Of a stretch of 64,000 bases of DNA, positions 1 through 9,886 are shown one piece after another; position 1 is the first letter of the stretch, and the number at the start of each line of letters is the position of its first letter. Where the stretch lies: positions 23,503-87,502 of the forward strand of contig CALXRX010000004.1 in assembly GCA_944390975.1 (NCBI GenBank), read 5' to 3'. Source of the DNA: an uncultured Clostridia bacterium (GTDB lineage: Bacteria; Bacillota; Clostridia; TANB77; CAG-508). The notes under the pieces were generated by a model that saw nothing but the letters and a program-made list of their open reading frames with translations, ran no database searches and was not told where the DNA came from. The position numbers were made by a program, and so were the translations under genes.

Positions 1-536
1 GTATCTATTCCATTTTTAATAATTTCCTCTACTGCTAATTCTGCTTTTTCAACTCCTGTTTGTAGTATAGCATATTCTTCTTCTGGGATGTTCCCAATTA
101 CGTAGTTTATAATGTCGTTTTTATATTCTGGTGTTCCTATCCCTATTCTAATTCTTGGAAAATCTATATTACCTAATTCTTGTATAATGGATTTCATTCC
201 ATTATGATTTCCTGGTCCACCTTTTTTTCTAATTTTTATTATTCCTTTTTTTATGTCCATATCATCATATATTATTATAAGTCTTTCCTTTTCTGGCTTA
301 TAGAAGTTTACAAATTCTCGTACCGCTTCTCCGCTCAAATTCATATATGTTTGAGGTTTTACTAAAATCACTTTATTATTTTCTATATTCCCAATTCCAT
401 ACATGGATTTAAATTTAGTACGATTCATTTCTATTTTATATTTTTTTGCTATTTTATTGATTGTATCAAATCCCATATTATGCCTTGTTTTTGCATACTT
501 TTCCTCTGGATTTCCTAGTCCTATTATTAAATACAT
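1..536 (-). CDS. pth: peptidyl-tRNA hydrolase (3' end cut by window edge)
   Basis: My own translation of the minus strand from the ATG at 536 gives MYLIIGLGNPEEKYAKTRHNMGFDTINKIAKKY..., matching the GLGNP..Y..TRHN signature. It is absent from the ORF track because there is no stop inside the window. Confidence 0.85.
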   Translation of the reverse strand, partial: MYLIIGLGNPEEKYAKTRHNMGFDTINKIAKKYKIEMNRTKFKSMYGIGNIENNKVILVKPQTYMNLSGEAVREFVNFYKPEKERLIIIYDDMDIKKGIIKIRKKGGPGNHNGMKSIIQELGNIDFPRIRIGIGTPEYKNDIINYVIGNIPEEEYAILQTGVEKAELAVEEIIKNGID

Positions 537-611
537 CTTTATCCTCTTTTTCCTAATTTCTTATATATTGTACATTGTTTTTATGAATTTTACAAGTAAT
601 ATATGAAGTTT

Positions 612-1103
612 TTACCATTTTCTAATTCCTTCTATATGTAAAAATCTATGTTTTATATAATTATATGTAGATATTTTTCTTCCATATGAGTCAAATGTAT
701 GTGTTGCTACTAAAAGATTATCTAAATCATTTTGTAATTTATCCACTACTAATAAACTATGACCAAATGTCTCTCCATTAAATGATAATTGCACAATATC
801 TCCTATTTCTATTTCTTCTATTGCTACTTCTTTCGCAAATGGTCCTACTGAATTATTGTTTAATAAAAACTTTGCTAAAAATTCTACTCCTGTCCAAGAT
901 GGTGTCTTGTCATTTGCATTTTTATAATACCATCCATTTTGATTATAATTCATTATATTACATCCATGAAATATACATTGTGATACAAAGTTTGTACAGT
1001 CTCCTCCAATAGCATCATAATTGTAATATGCTGGATTTCTTTGATATGCCCACTTTTTTGCATATTCTTTTGCTATTTCTCTATTATATTTTACTATTTG
1101 CAT
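612..1103 (-). CDS. putative amidase-domain protein (cysteine-peptidase-like, cell-wall associated)
   Basis: The motifs AYQRNPAYYNYD..GGDCTNFVSQC..SWTGV..GDIVQL..GHSLLV fit the putative amidase domain family. I placed the start at the internal ATG at 1103, which follows AAGGGGA. The longer track ORF adds an unlikely leader. Confidence 0.6.
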   Translation of the reverse strand: MQIVKYNREIAKEYAKKWAYQRNPAYYNYDAIGGDCTNFVSQCIFHGCNIMNYNQNGWYYKNANDKTPSWTGVEFLAKFLLNNNSVGPFAKEVAIEEIEIGDIVQLSFNGETFGHSLLVVDKLQNDLDNLLVATHTFDSYGRKISTYNYIKHRFLHIEGIRKW

Positions 1104-1183
1104 ATAATCCCCTTTATAATTTATGCAATATCTTATAGATTGGATAATGCTACAAAAAAAGATACTTGTAAATACAAGCACCT

Positions 1184-2215
1184 TTATATATTATCTCTTA
1201 AATAGCTAAGTGTTCTGTTTCTTTCGTTTTGTAATATCTTATTAGTGTTAGAAAAACATTTTGGTTTTAACAATATCTCTTCTAATTCATCTAATTTATT
1301 TACCTTTCTATCATTTAAATCTAACTTATTTAACAAGTCTTCTAATTTTTGCCTATTGCTTTCTCTTATAATTGTTGCAAATTGTTTATTAAATTTAGTA
1401 GCAAATATTGTCCCATGAAATGTATCTGTGATAACATAATCTGCATTTTTAAAATACCCTAAAAGTTCAAATGGGTGAACAGTTATATGAATATCACTAC
1501 AAGCTTGATATGCACCAATTGTTAATATTTTCTTATTAAATTTTTTAGCAATTCTTTTTATTTCTTCATTTTCTTCATCATTTAATCTCATAACATAGGA
1601 ATAAACTATAATATAATTTTTTAAGTCCTTTTTTTCTTTAATTACATTACTAAAGTCATATACTAAAACAGGATCTAAATTTTGTACAATTTTCTTATTA
1701 ATTAATCCCTCAACTAGATTTTTAGTGTTTTCATCTCTAACTGATATATTATCAAATTTATCTAATAGTGTTGCAATTTCTTGGTCTATTTTTGCTTCTT
1801 TGATTTTATCTAACGTAGTAGTTCCAGCTGATGCCGCATAACTTATAACTTTATTAGCTTTATTTTCATACCCAAATAATTGTCTAGAATATCCAATTGG
1901 ATACCCTTGCATACAATGAAAAACCTCATCACTTCCTATAACTAAAGTATCTAATTGTGGTTTTAGATTTCTTTCTCCTACTCCTAGTTCTAATAAGTAC
2001 TCATTCTGAAATTTTTCTTTCATAATATTAAACTCTTTTTCTGCTACTGCTATATATTGAATATTATGGCTTTGCACTATTGACTTTTCAAATTCAAAAT
2101 CTACAAATTCAACTTCATTTCCCATTTCTTTTATCATACTACTTAATGCAAATGCTTGTAAAAATGAGCCATAATTAATTACTCTTTGCATAGACATTAT
2201 ACCAACTTTTTTCAC
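1184..2215 (-). CDS. polysaccharide pyruvyl transferase family protein
   Basis: The N-terminus KKVGIMSMQRVINYGSFLQAFAL and the overall layout are typical of PS_pyruv_trans. GTG start. It is adjacent to its usual FrhB-like partner. Confidence 0.75.
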   Translation of the reverse strand: MKKVGIMSMQRVINYGSFLQAFALSSMIKEMGNEVEFVDFEFEKSIVQSHNIQYIAVAEKEFNIMKEKFQNEYLLELGVGERNLKPQLDTLVIGSDEVFHCMQGYPIGYSRQLFGYENKANKVISYAASAGTTTLDKIKEAKIDQEIATLLDKFDNISVRDENTKNLVEGLINKKIVQNLDPVLVYDFSNVIKEKKDLKNYIIVYSYVMRLNDEENEEIKRIAKKFNKKILTIGAYQACSDIHITVHPFELLGYFKNADYVITDTFHGTIFATKFNKQFATIIRESNRQKLEDLLNKLDLNDRKVNKLDELEEILLKPKCFSNTNKILQNERNRTLSYLRDNI

Positions 2216-2229
2216 ACTAACACCGTCCT

Positions 2230-3309
2230 TTATTTTATATCTTTTATTGCTTCTATAAAACCATGATTTTTATACTTTTCTTTAAATAATTCATTTTTTG
2301 CATGTCTCTTAGATGGATTTCTCAACTGTTCATTACCATATATTGCTTCTTCTAATGTTCTCTCTTCATAATAAATTTCTCCTTTACATTTATCAAATAA
2401 TTTTTTACCTTTTTCCGTATTAATTAGCACTACTGACACTCCTAAATCTTTATCTTTATGCTCAAATGGTACATTTTTACCTATTTCCCAAAAATCGCCT
2501 ATTGTAATATCTGATACTCTTTCTTTTCTTGCATATTTGCATTTATAACAAGAATCCCTATAAAATATTCCACTTAAAAATCCATAAAAATAATTGTCTT
2601 CATTACTAGGTTTAGAATAAATTATTTCCTTATCATTATATAAAGTAAATTTAAAATTTTCTCTTCCCCTAAAAGTTAAATTTGTTACTTTTTTTCCTAC
2701 TGTGTTTTCTATTTCTTCAATATATTCATCTAAATATTTTTGTGATGGCATGCCATGACAAATAATATCTATTGTAATTAAATTTTCATAGCTTTTTAAT
2801 AAGAATTTCTTTAAGCCATCAACTTGACATGGCGTTCCTACAAATACGACTTCTTTTCCTATTTCTAAAAAATATTTTATTTTTTTATATATTTCTCCAA
2901 TAAAACTGTGAGAATACTTAGATCCTTTATATTTTAATAAATCTTCTTTCGTATCTGAATAAGAATAAACAAGTTGCATATTTTCATCATATGACACACC
3001 TATAGCTATACCACTTTTTTCTATAATGTATTTATAAAATATAGATGCCATTGCTCCTGAACTACTGCTTACTCTATCTTCATAATCTTTACTCCAACTA
3101 GCATATGTATACATGGGCATTCTAAATTCTGACTTTTGATTTATTTGACATACTTTACTACATAATCCACAATGTGTGCATTTTTCTTCATCTATAACTG
3201 GATATAAAATACCATATTCATCATATTGCATACTAATGCATTTTTTAGGACATATATTATAGCATGCCATGCAAGCTGAACATTTATCTTTTTCTATATT
3301 AAATTTCAT
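2230..3309 (-). CDS. coenzyme F420 hydrogenase/dehydrogenase beta-subunit-like protein with N-terminal 2x[4Fe-4S] ferredoxin domain
   Basis: Two ferredoxin motifs are present: CSACMACYNICP and CTHCGLCSKVC. The FrhB/FdhB-like body is commonly paired with pyruvyl transferases in polysaccharide loci. Confidence 0.75.
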   Translation of the reverse strand: MKFNIEKDKCSACMACYNICPKKCISMQYDEYGILYPVIDEEKCTHCGLCSKVCQINQKSEFRMPMYTYASWSKDYEDRVSSSSGAMASIFYKYIIEKSGIAIGVSYDENMQLVYSYSDTKEDLLKYKGSKYSHSFIGEIYKKIKYFLEIGKEVVFVGTPCQVDGLKKFLLKSYENLITIDIICHGMPSQKYLDEYIEEIENTVGKKVTNLTFRGRENFKFTLYNDKEIIYSKPSNEDNYFYGFLSGIFYRDSCYKCKYARKERVSDITIGDFWEIGKNVPFEHKDKDLGVSVVLINTEKGKKLFDKCKGEIYYEERTLEEAIYGNEQLRNPSKRHAKNELFKEKYKNHGFIEAIKDIK

Positions 3310-3312
3310 TTA

Positions 3313-4152
3313 TTAATTTATCCTTTCATAAACAATCAACGTCTTTTCTTTTCCACTATTTTGTATAGCCTGTGGATTTGTAATTGTAGATTTTATTTTA
3401 CTTACATCTTCAAAATTTGGCTCACAGCCATCTGAATAAGCACAAATATACTTCGCTTCTTTTAAATCCACTTTATATATCTTTACAAATTCCATTGCCG
3501 CTTTTTCTCCAGAAAGCACCCCAAAAGCTTTATCTTTAATAATAGGATTATTTCTAAAAGCAGTTCTTACTAGTATTCTATCTTTTGGATTAGTCCAATC
3601 AAAGTTATATTTTGTTAATACTTCTTTTTCATATTTTTCAAAATTAGAATGATTATTTTCTGTCTCGAAAATTTGCTCATACCTTTCGTTTAGAACTTTT
3701 ATATGACAGTCACCTATCGAAAAGCAAATTAAATAATTTTCTAAAATAATTCCTCCTGTTGCAACCGCACAATATAAATCATTTTCTATATAATTTATTT
3801 CTCTATCTTCATTAATTTTCCAAACTTTATTATTTACTTTTTTCACAATATTAAATAACGTTTTTTCTGTTATGTCTTTTTCTTTTATTAAATAATCAAC
3901 AAAATTTTCTGCTATTATTTGAGCCGCCTCATATGCGCCACTTGGATTAGGATATATTTTAATCCAATTTTCAATTTCTTCTAATGTAGTAGGATATATA
4001 ATATTTTCTCCATTTATCGAATCTCTTGTAACACCATCAGCAATACAAAAAACATTATTATTTACACAAAAATAATCCTCTACTACTGGTTTTATATTAT
4101 ACTTTATAAAATTATAATTATCATATGTTTTAGAAAATATTAATTTGAACAA
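3313..4152 (-). CDS. hypothetical protein, weak PP2C-like phosphatase resemblance
   Basis: Clean 279-aa ORF overlapping the stop of the upstream GT2 gene. The motifs FCIADGVTRD and YSDGCEP resemble the metal-binding Asp motifs of PP2C/SpoIIE-type phosphatases. The functional call is tentative. Confidence 0.45.
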   Translation of the reverse strand: MFKLIFSKTYDNYNFIKYNIKPVVEDYFCVNNNVFCIADGVTRDSINGENIIYPTTLEEIENWIKIYPNPSGAYEAAQIIAENFVDYLIKEKDITEKTLFNIVKKVNNKVWKINEDREINYIENDLYCAVATGGIILENYLICFSIGDCHIKVLNERYEQIFETENNHSNFEKYEKEVLTKYNFDWTNPKDRILVRTAFRNNPIIKDKAFGVLSGEKAAMEFVKIYKVDLKEAKYICAYSDGCEPNFEDVSKIKSTITNPQAIQNSGKEKTLIVYERIN

Positions 4153-5240
4153 ATTCTTTCCCTCCTATAAATAAATTCACTATCATAAAGAGACATTTTT
4201 TCATACATTTCTTTTGTTGGCTTTGTCATTTTATCTCTATCTAATTTGTTCAATCCCTTCCTATATTCTTTCACTTCATCCATTTTTTGTATAGCTTGTT
4301 CAAATTTATTTTCTTTTATGCAATCAATGATTTCTTCTAGTCTACTATCAGTTAAATTTGCTTTTAATAAATCTTTTAAATTAAAAAACCATTTGAAATC
4401 GTCAAAAATTTCTTTCTTATCTGATTTTGTAAGAAAATCACTATCTATAAATTTACAAAGTATATAAGATGCATTTTTAGCATAAAAATATCTATAGAAA
4501 CCTAAATTATCTGTTCTTCTAAAATTCTCAAAAATATATTTATATGCCATATTAATTCCATCGAAATATTTTTTTGTACACTTTGTAGAAATAGTAGAAG
4601 CATTATACGTTTGTCTATAATTATATATTATATCTTTTATATAATATACTTTATCAGTATTAACAAAGCAATATGTTGTAAATATCGCATCTTCTGCTGG
4701 TATTCCTTTTACAAATCTTAATTTTAGTCTATCTAAGAACTTTTTTCTAAAAATTTTATTACATGCACTTGAATTCATTACAAAAAAAGATTTTTCATAA
4801 TCTGTAATAGATAATTTAAAATTATCATATGTTTCTTGATTAAATACTGGATTGTCCCATTTTTTCCCATTTGGTTCTACATTTATATAATTTCCTATAA
4901 CATAATCTGCTTTCTTATTTTCTATTTCTTTATACATTACTTCAACCGAATTTAATTCAAAAAAATCATCTGCATCACTAAACATTATATATTTACCTGT
5001 TGCGATGTTTAATCCAGCATTTCTAGCATCAGATAATCCTCCATTTTCTTTATGTATAACTATAACCCTAGCATCTTTATTTTTATACTCTTCACATATC
5101 TTTCCTGATGCATCTACTGATCCATCATCTACAAGTATTACTTCCAAATTAGAATAAGTTTGGTTTAAAATAGATTCTATTGCTTGTCTTACATACTTTT
5201 CTACATTAAAGATTGCTACTATTACTGAAATTTTATCCAT
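4140..5240 (-). CDS. glycosyltransferase family 2
   Basis: The sequence ISVIVAIFNVEKYVRQAIESILNQTYSNLEVILVDDGSVD...GGLSDARNAG...FSDADD carries the canonical GT2 (GT-A) motifs. Confidence 0.88.
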   Translation of the reverse strand: MDKISVIVAIFNVEKYVRQAIESILNQTYSNLEVILVDDGSVDASGKICEEYKNKDARVIVIHKENGGLSDARNAGLNIATGKYIMFSDADDFFELNSVEVMYKEIENKKADYVIGNYINVEPNGKKWDNPVFNQETYDNFKLSITDYEKSFFVMNSSACNKIFRKKFLDRLKLRFVKGIPAEDAIFTTYCFVNTDKVYYIKDIIYNYRQTYNASTISTKCTKKYFDGINMAYKYIFENFRRTDNLGFYRYFYAKNASYILCKFIDSDFLTKSDKKEIFDDFKWFFNLKDLLKANLTDSRLEEIIDCIKENKFEQAIQKMDEVKEYRKGLNKLDRDKMTKPTKEMYEKMSLYDSEFIYRRERICSN

Positions 5241-5394
5241 AGTAATTTTCCTTTCTATTTATGTTTCTTCAATATTATAACATATTATTTCTTTAATTTC
5301 AATTATTCTTTATTTTCTAGTATTTTCATATATATAATCCATAATTTCTTCATTTTTCTTATAATCGCTTATATAAATTAATATATAGTTTACA

Positions 5395-5441
5395 CATAAA
5401 AATACCCAGAAATAAACTATCCATTACTTCTAGGGATTTTT
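5395..5441 (-). terminator. intrinsic terminator after the vanY-like gene
   Basis: On the minus strand, CCCTAGAA...TTCTGGG forms a hairpin (one bulge) followed by TATTTTT. Confidence 0.5.
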
Positions 5442-5481
5442 ATAAAATAAATAATTATATCTATTATTTATTAACCAATAG

Positions 5482-6297
5482 CTATACTTCTTCTGCTCCT
5501 TTTAAATAATCGATATATTCTTCTAGACAATAGCCATTTTCTTTAATTATTTTTGCATGTTCTTCTCCTACATATCTCCAATGCCATGATTCATACGTTA
5601 TCCCTGTAATATCTTGCTTGTCCTTTGGATAACGTAAAATAAATCCATAATCTTGTGCATTTTTTTGTAGCCACTGGAATGCTTTTGTTTCTTCAAATTC
5701 ATTGGTTACTGTATTAAAATCTGCTGCTAACCCTAGGTTGTGTTCACTCATTTCTGGTCTTTGCACAACTGTTTGTGCTAATTTTTCAGCTTCTTCTTGC
5801 TCTTCTCCTTGTTCAATGTAATATTCTACTTTATTCTTAAATAATTCTTCTTGCTTTTCATAGCTTCTATATGCTGATGCTACCCAAATAGCTGTTATTC
5901 CGTCTTTATACATTGCATTTATCATTTCTTTTAAATAGGTTATTGCTCTTTTATCAAACATGACACCATCATCTATCTCTTCTAGTTCTGGCACATATGA
6001 ACTATCAACAGAATTATCTTTATTAACTAATTTTAAATTCCATTGGTTTAATTCTTCAGAATTTATACCTACATTGCTAGACACTTGCATCACTTCATTT
6101 GTTACTTCAGGCTCATTGTTTGTCTCTTCTAATGTTTGCATTCCTTGTATATCTTCCATTGTGTCTTCATCTTCTTTATTAAACAATGATATAATTCCAG
6201 AAATTACAAACCACAAAACACCTATAATGCAAACTAAAACTAGTAATAGCATTAATATTCTTTTTGTAAATTTATTTTTATTTCTTATTCTTAACAT
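5482..6297 (-). CDS. D-alanyl-D-alanine carboxypeptidase, VanY/M15B family, membrane anchored
   Basis: N-terminal TM segment. The motifs SAYRSYEKQ, SEHNLGLAADF and ESWHWRYVG are the Zn ligand motifs of the VanY family. Confidence 0.85.
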   Translation of the reverse strand: MLRIRNKNKFTKRILMLLLVLVCIIGVLWFVISGIISLFNKEDEDTMEDIQGMQTLEETNNEPEVTNEVMQVSSNVGINSEELNQWNLKLVNKDNSVDSSYVPELEEIDDGVMFDKRAITYLKEMINAMYKDGITAIWVASAYRSYEKQEELFKNKVEYYIEQGEEQEEAEKLAQTVVQRPEMSEHNLGLAADFNTVTNEFEETKAFQWLQKNAQDYGFILRYPKDKQDITGITYESWHWRYVGEEHAKIIKENGYCLEEYIDYLKGAEEV

Positions 6298-6374
6298 ACA
6301 ATCTCTTCTTTCGTCTATTTCTTTATTTTATTGTATTGTTTTTGTTTTCTAAAGTCAATATATTTTTGGTATTG

Positions 6375-7046
6375 TTATATTTTACCAGTTTTGTTTAACT
6401 TAGCAATAAGTGCTTTTATCTTAATTCCTTCATCTGAAAACATTTTTTCATGCTCTGTTATAATATTATTTTCTATTTTCTCACTATGCAAGTCATATGT
6501 TTTCCATACAATTTCATATCCCGCTTCTTCAAAATAATGTAAACTATCTATAAATAAGTTATCATCATCTGTTTTAAAGTGAATATCTCCTCCATCTTTT
6601 AAAAAAACTTTATATAGTTCTAATTGTCTAGTATGTGTTAATCTCTTTTTGTGATGTTTTCCTCTTGGCCATGGATTACAAAAATTAATATAAATTCGTT
6701 CTACTTTATCGTTTTCATCCATCATTGTTAAAATTTGTTCAATATTACATCTTGTTAATATAACGTTATCAATTAATCTATTTTCTTTTTTATAAACTTC
6801 TTCTACATTTCTTTTTGCTAATCCTAGCATTGTATCAATTAAATCTATACCTATAAAATTGATTTCTGGATTTCTGAATGCAAGATTTGCAATAAACTGT
6901 CCTTTTCCACATCCTAGTTCAATATGTATTGGTCTTTCCACTTTAAATACACTTTTCCACTTTCCTTTATTTTCTTGTGGTGTATCTATATAAAATGAAC
7001 ATGTATCTAACTCTTGCTTTGTCCAACTTCTTTTTCTAATTCGCAT
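6375..7046 (-). CDS. trmB: tRNA (guanine46-N7)-methyltransferase
   Basis: HIELGCGKGQF..GIDL....NFCNPWPKxxHxKRR-like motifs (NFCNPWPRGKHHKKRL). I chose the ATG at 7046. The track start at 7106 is a TTG with no SD. Confidence 0.85.
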   Translation of the reverse strand: MRIRKRSWTKQELDTCSFYIDTPQENKGKWKSVFKVERPIHIELGCGKGQFIANLAFRNPEINFIGIDLIDTMLGLAKRNVEEVYKKENRLIDNVILTRCNIEQILTMMDENDKVERIYINFCNPWPRGKHHKKRLTHTRQLELYKVFLKDGGDIHFKTDDDNLFIDSLHYFEEAGYEIVWKTYDLHSEKIENNIITEHEKMFSDEGIKIKALIAKLNKTGKI

Positions 7047-7125
7047 TTTCTTTTTTATCTCCTTTTTTGTTTTATATAAAAATATTTGATTTTTTATATA
7101 AAACAATGCCCAGTTTTCTTCTTAC

Positions 7126-8421
7126 TTAAGTTAATACTTCAAACTCTATATCCTCTTTTTTATATTCTTCTGGCTTTAATCCTAATCTTGATTTACTATA
7201 AATAGCTAATATGATTACTACTCCTGTACAAATAATTCCTAAAATTAACAATGCTTCATATATATTTGTTACTCTAAGAATAGATGATGCAATAACTCCT
7301 ATAATCATTTTTGATAAATTATCCATAATTCCATTTACTGAATATATTTTAGGTAAAATTTTATTATCTGAAAAATTATTCATGTATCTTTTCTTTAATA
7401 CTTGATATACACCTTTTGCATATGCTCTAGCAATAAATACAACTGTTATAAACATTAATTGAATTTCAAATGGAATATTGAATATTGTTACCAAACCTAA
7501 TATAATACTACCTAAAGTCAATAACAGTCCTATATATGTTAAAGAACGATTTTTATATTTTTTGTTAAAGTTATTTGATGTAGTAGAAAAAATTCCCACT
7601 AGCATTTGAAATCCTGCTAATATAAATCCTATATAATATGATGGTATTTGTAGTTCTTTTAATAATGTTTCTTGGTAAGTTGAAAATACACTTATAAATC
7701 CCCACAACATTCCTAGCATAATTAGTAATGTATGTAAACGTTTTGATTTAAATATAAATTTAAAGCCGTCTTTTAAATTACATATGATTGTAGATACTTC
7801 TTCTTTTACATCTTTTGTTTCTTTTTGGTTTGTTTCTCTTTCAATATCAATAAAATTCATAGCAATTATTAATGCAAATAAATTTGTTGCTAAACATAAA
7901 CAAATTGGTATATATGGATTTATAGCATATAAAAAACCTGAAATTAAAACAGATGTTGCTCCAATGAAACAATACTTAGAATATCCTTTTCCATCAATTT
8001 TAGCAAAAATTTCACCTTTTTTTCTTCCTTCTGGTAAAGATGCATTTAAGAAACTTGATTCTGCTATTCCTTTTAATCCAAACCCCATGCTACTTATTCC
8101 TTGTGCAATCAAAAGCCATATAAAATTCGGACAGAATAATATTACACTCATAGAAATTAGATTAAGCAATTGCCCTAAAACCATCGCATTTTTTTTACCA
8201 ATTTTCTCAACTATTACATTATTTGGTATTTGAAACACCAAATACATTAATGCATAAAATGAACTTGATAATACAACATCCGCTGCTGATATGTTTTTTA
8301 CACCTGTTAAAAATAATACTTGAATTCCATAGTAAAATACCCAATCAAGTCCTACCATTTGATAAATAGGGTATAATTTCATATTATTTTTTCTTAGTTT
8401 AGAAAGCTTTTTTTCATTCAT
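7126..8421 (-). CDS. MFS transporter
   Basis: 431 aa with about 12 hydrophobic segments. It has a central charged loop and an SD (GAGGAA) before the ATG. Confidence 0.75.
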   Translation of the reverse strand: MNEKKLSKLRKNNMKLYPIYQMVGLDWVFYYGIQVLFLTGVKNISAADVVLSSSFYALMYLVFQIPNNVIVEKIGKKNAMVLGQLLNLISMSVILFCPNFIWLLIAQGISSMGFGLKGIAESSFLNASLPEGRKKGEIFAKIDGKGYSKYCFIGATSVLISGFLYAINPYIPICLCLATNLFALIIAMNFIDIERETNQKETKDVKEEVSTIICNLKDGFKFIFKSKRLHTLLIMLGMLWGFISVFSTYQETLLKELQIPSYYIGFILAGFQMLVGIFSTTSNNFNKKYKNRSLTYIGLLLTLGSIILGLVTIFNIPFEIQLMFITVVFIARAYAKGVYQVLKKRYMNNFSDNKILPKIYSVNGIMDNLSKMIIGVIASSILRVTNIYEALLILGIICTGVVIILAIYSKSRLGLKPEEYKKEDIEFEVLT

Positions 8422-8517
8422 TTTTATTCCTCTTTCGTTTTCTATTTTTCCTTATTGTATCATATATCACATTTTATGACAATAACTTATAAAACATACC
8501 ATTAATTTCCTATATAT

Positions 8518-8549
8518 AAAAGATAATGACAATACTATCATTATCTTTT
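8518..8549 (-). terminator. 12-bp hairpin downstream of the DUF3883-like gene
   Basis: AAAAGATAATGA (8518-8529) pairs perfectly with TCATTATCTTTT (8538-8549). The A/T runs are part of the stem, so it could work in both directions. Confidence 0.5.
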
Positions 8550-8567
8550 ATATATATTTTAGTATTT

Positions 8568-9716
8568 CTATGCATACATAGAAATTTCTTTTATATTTTC
8601 ACATTCTTCAACTGATTGATAAGGATTTTGAATAAAATATATTTTAAGTTTTGATTTTTCTTCTTCATTAACATCTGCAAAATTTGTAATTTTAATTACA
8701 TAATACTTGTCTCTTTTTTCTTTTGAAAATTTTAATTCATTTCCTGTCATAGTAAAAAGCTTTGTATCATCTAAACTTGTTTTTATTTCTAAATAAATTT
8801 CTTCATTGCCTTTTACTGTTTTTATTAAAATATCATGTCCTTTGTTAATAGACTTATCTTCCCAATCTTTTTTTCTATTATAATCTTTATTATAACAAAT
8901 TACTTCAATATCTTTATTCCATAATTTTAATTCTTTTAATAGAAATTTGTTTTTCTCTTTTAGCAATTTGTATATATATAATTCTCCTTGTACTCCAAAA
9001 TGATATTTATATTCATCTGGTAAATATTCCATTACTTTATTTTTTTCCTTAGCATTTTTGTTATAATTTCTATCGGATTTTTTTCTGTTCTTTTTGTTAG
9101 TTTCATTTTCTTTTAAATTTATAATTTTAAAATTAGTATTTGCATTTTCAATATCTATATTATCTATTTTCTTTCTTAACTCTTCGATTTTACTTTGTTT
9201 TTCATCTTGTTTTTTCTTTAGATAATTTAGTTTGAAAACTTCATCATATCTTTCAAATATTTTTTCTGCTTTTTCTTGATCTACTTTCATAAATCCTTGT
9301 ACATGTTGAAATCTATAACCTGTTATTTCTTTAAATTCTTCTAAAGAAATATTAATACTTTCTGCATTATCTAAAAAGTAAATATATTCCCAACACAAGC
9401 TATCTTTATCCGTCCCCCAAGTATTTAATGAAAGTGGATGATTATGCATTTTATATTTAACTATGCCTTTTACAAAAAATTTTTTATTTCCGTAAAAAAG
9501 CATCATATCTCCTATTTTAATTTTTTGCCATATATTCTTTTTATTAATGTTTACTCCCCACATATTTAATTCTTTATTAGGAAAAATTTCTTTTAATTCA
9601 TTATATTGTTCTTGTGTAATATATTTTTGTAAATTATCTAAATTTTCCTTTTTTAAAATTGTTATTTGGAGTTGTTTGTCTGCTATTTTTCCTGCAGGTT
9701 GTAAAAAAATATTCAT
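8568..9716 (-). CDS. stand-alone PUA/EVE-like + DUF3883-type PD-(D/E)xK nuclease-fold protein (candidate modification-dependent nuclease)
   Basis: The N-terminus MWGVNINKKNIWQKIKIGDMMLFYGNKKFFVKGIVKYK..WEYIYFL shows an EVE/ASCH-like pattern. A K/N/E-rich linker follows. The C-terminus has GVQGELYIYKLL, GHDILI, YLEIKTS and NELKF..KYYVIKI, which is the DUF3883 motif order. SD AAGGAG precedes the ATG at 9716. Confidence 0.55.
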   Translation of the reverse strand: MNIFLQPAGKIADKQLQITILKKENLDNLQKYITQEQYNELKEIFPNKELNMWGVNINKKNIWQKIKIGDMMLFYGNKKFFVKGIVKYKMHNHPLSLNTWGTDKDSLCWEYIYFLDNAESINISLEEFKEITGYRFQHVQGFMKVDQEKAEKIFERYDEVFKLNYLKKKQDEKQSKIEELRKKIDNIDIENANTNFKIINLKENETNKKNRKKSDRNYNKNAKEKNKVMEYLPDEYKYHFGVQGELYIYKLLKEKNKFLLKELKLWNKDIEVICYNKDYNRKKDWEDKSINKGHDILIKTVKGNEEIYLEIKTSLDDTKLFTMTGNELKFSKEKRDKYYVIKITNFADVNEEEKSKLKIYFIQNPYQSVEECENIKEISMYA

Positions 9717-9886
9717 ACTTTTCTCCTTATCTTTCTATAAATAAATTTAGCTATATATTGCATTTGTTCTTTACTTTTTTTATTTCTTGTTTGAAATCAA
9801 AAAAACGCTTGTTGCAATTAGTATAATATATTTTATCATATATTGTCAATTTTTGGAAGGTAATAAAAGTTATTAAAAAATTATAT

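Noticed and set aside
7047-7106. N-terminal extension of trmB. Similar extensions occur at 28280-28303 for the HExxH protein and 1104-1181 for the amidase-domain protein.
   Set aside because: The trmB and HExxH-protein track starts are TTG codons with no SD, and the amidase extension adds an unlikely leader. In all three, internal ATGs with good SDs give N-termini that fit the protein families.
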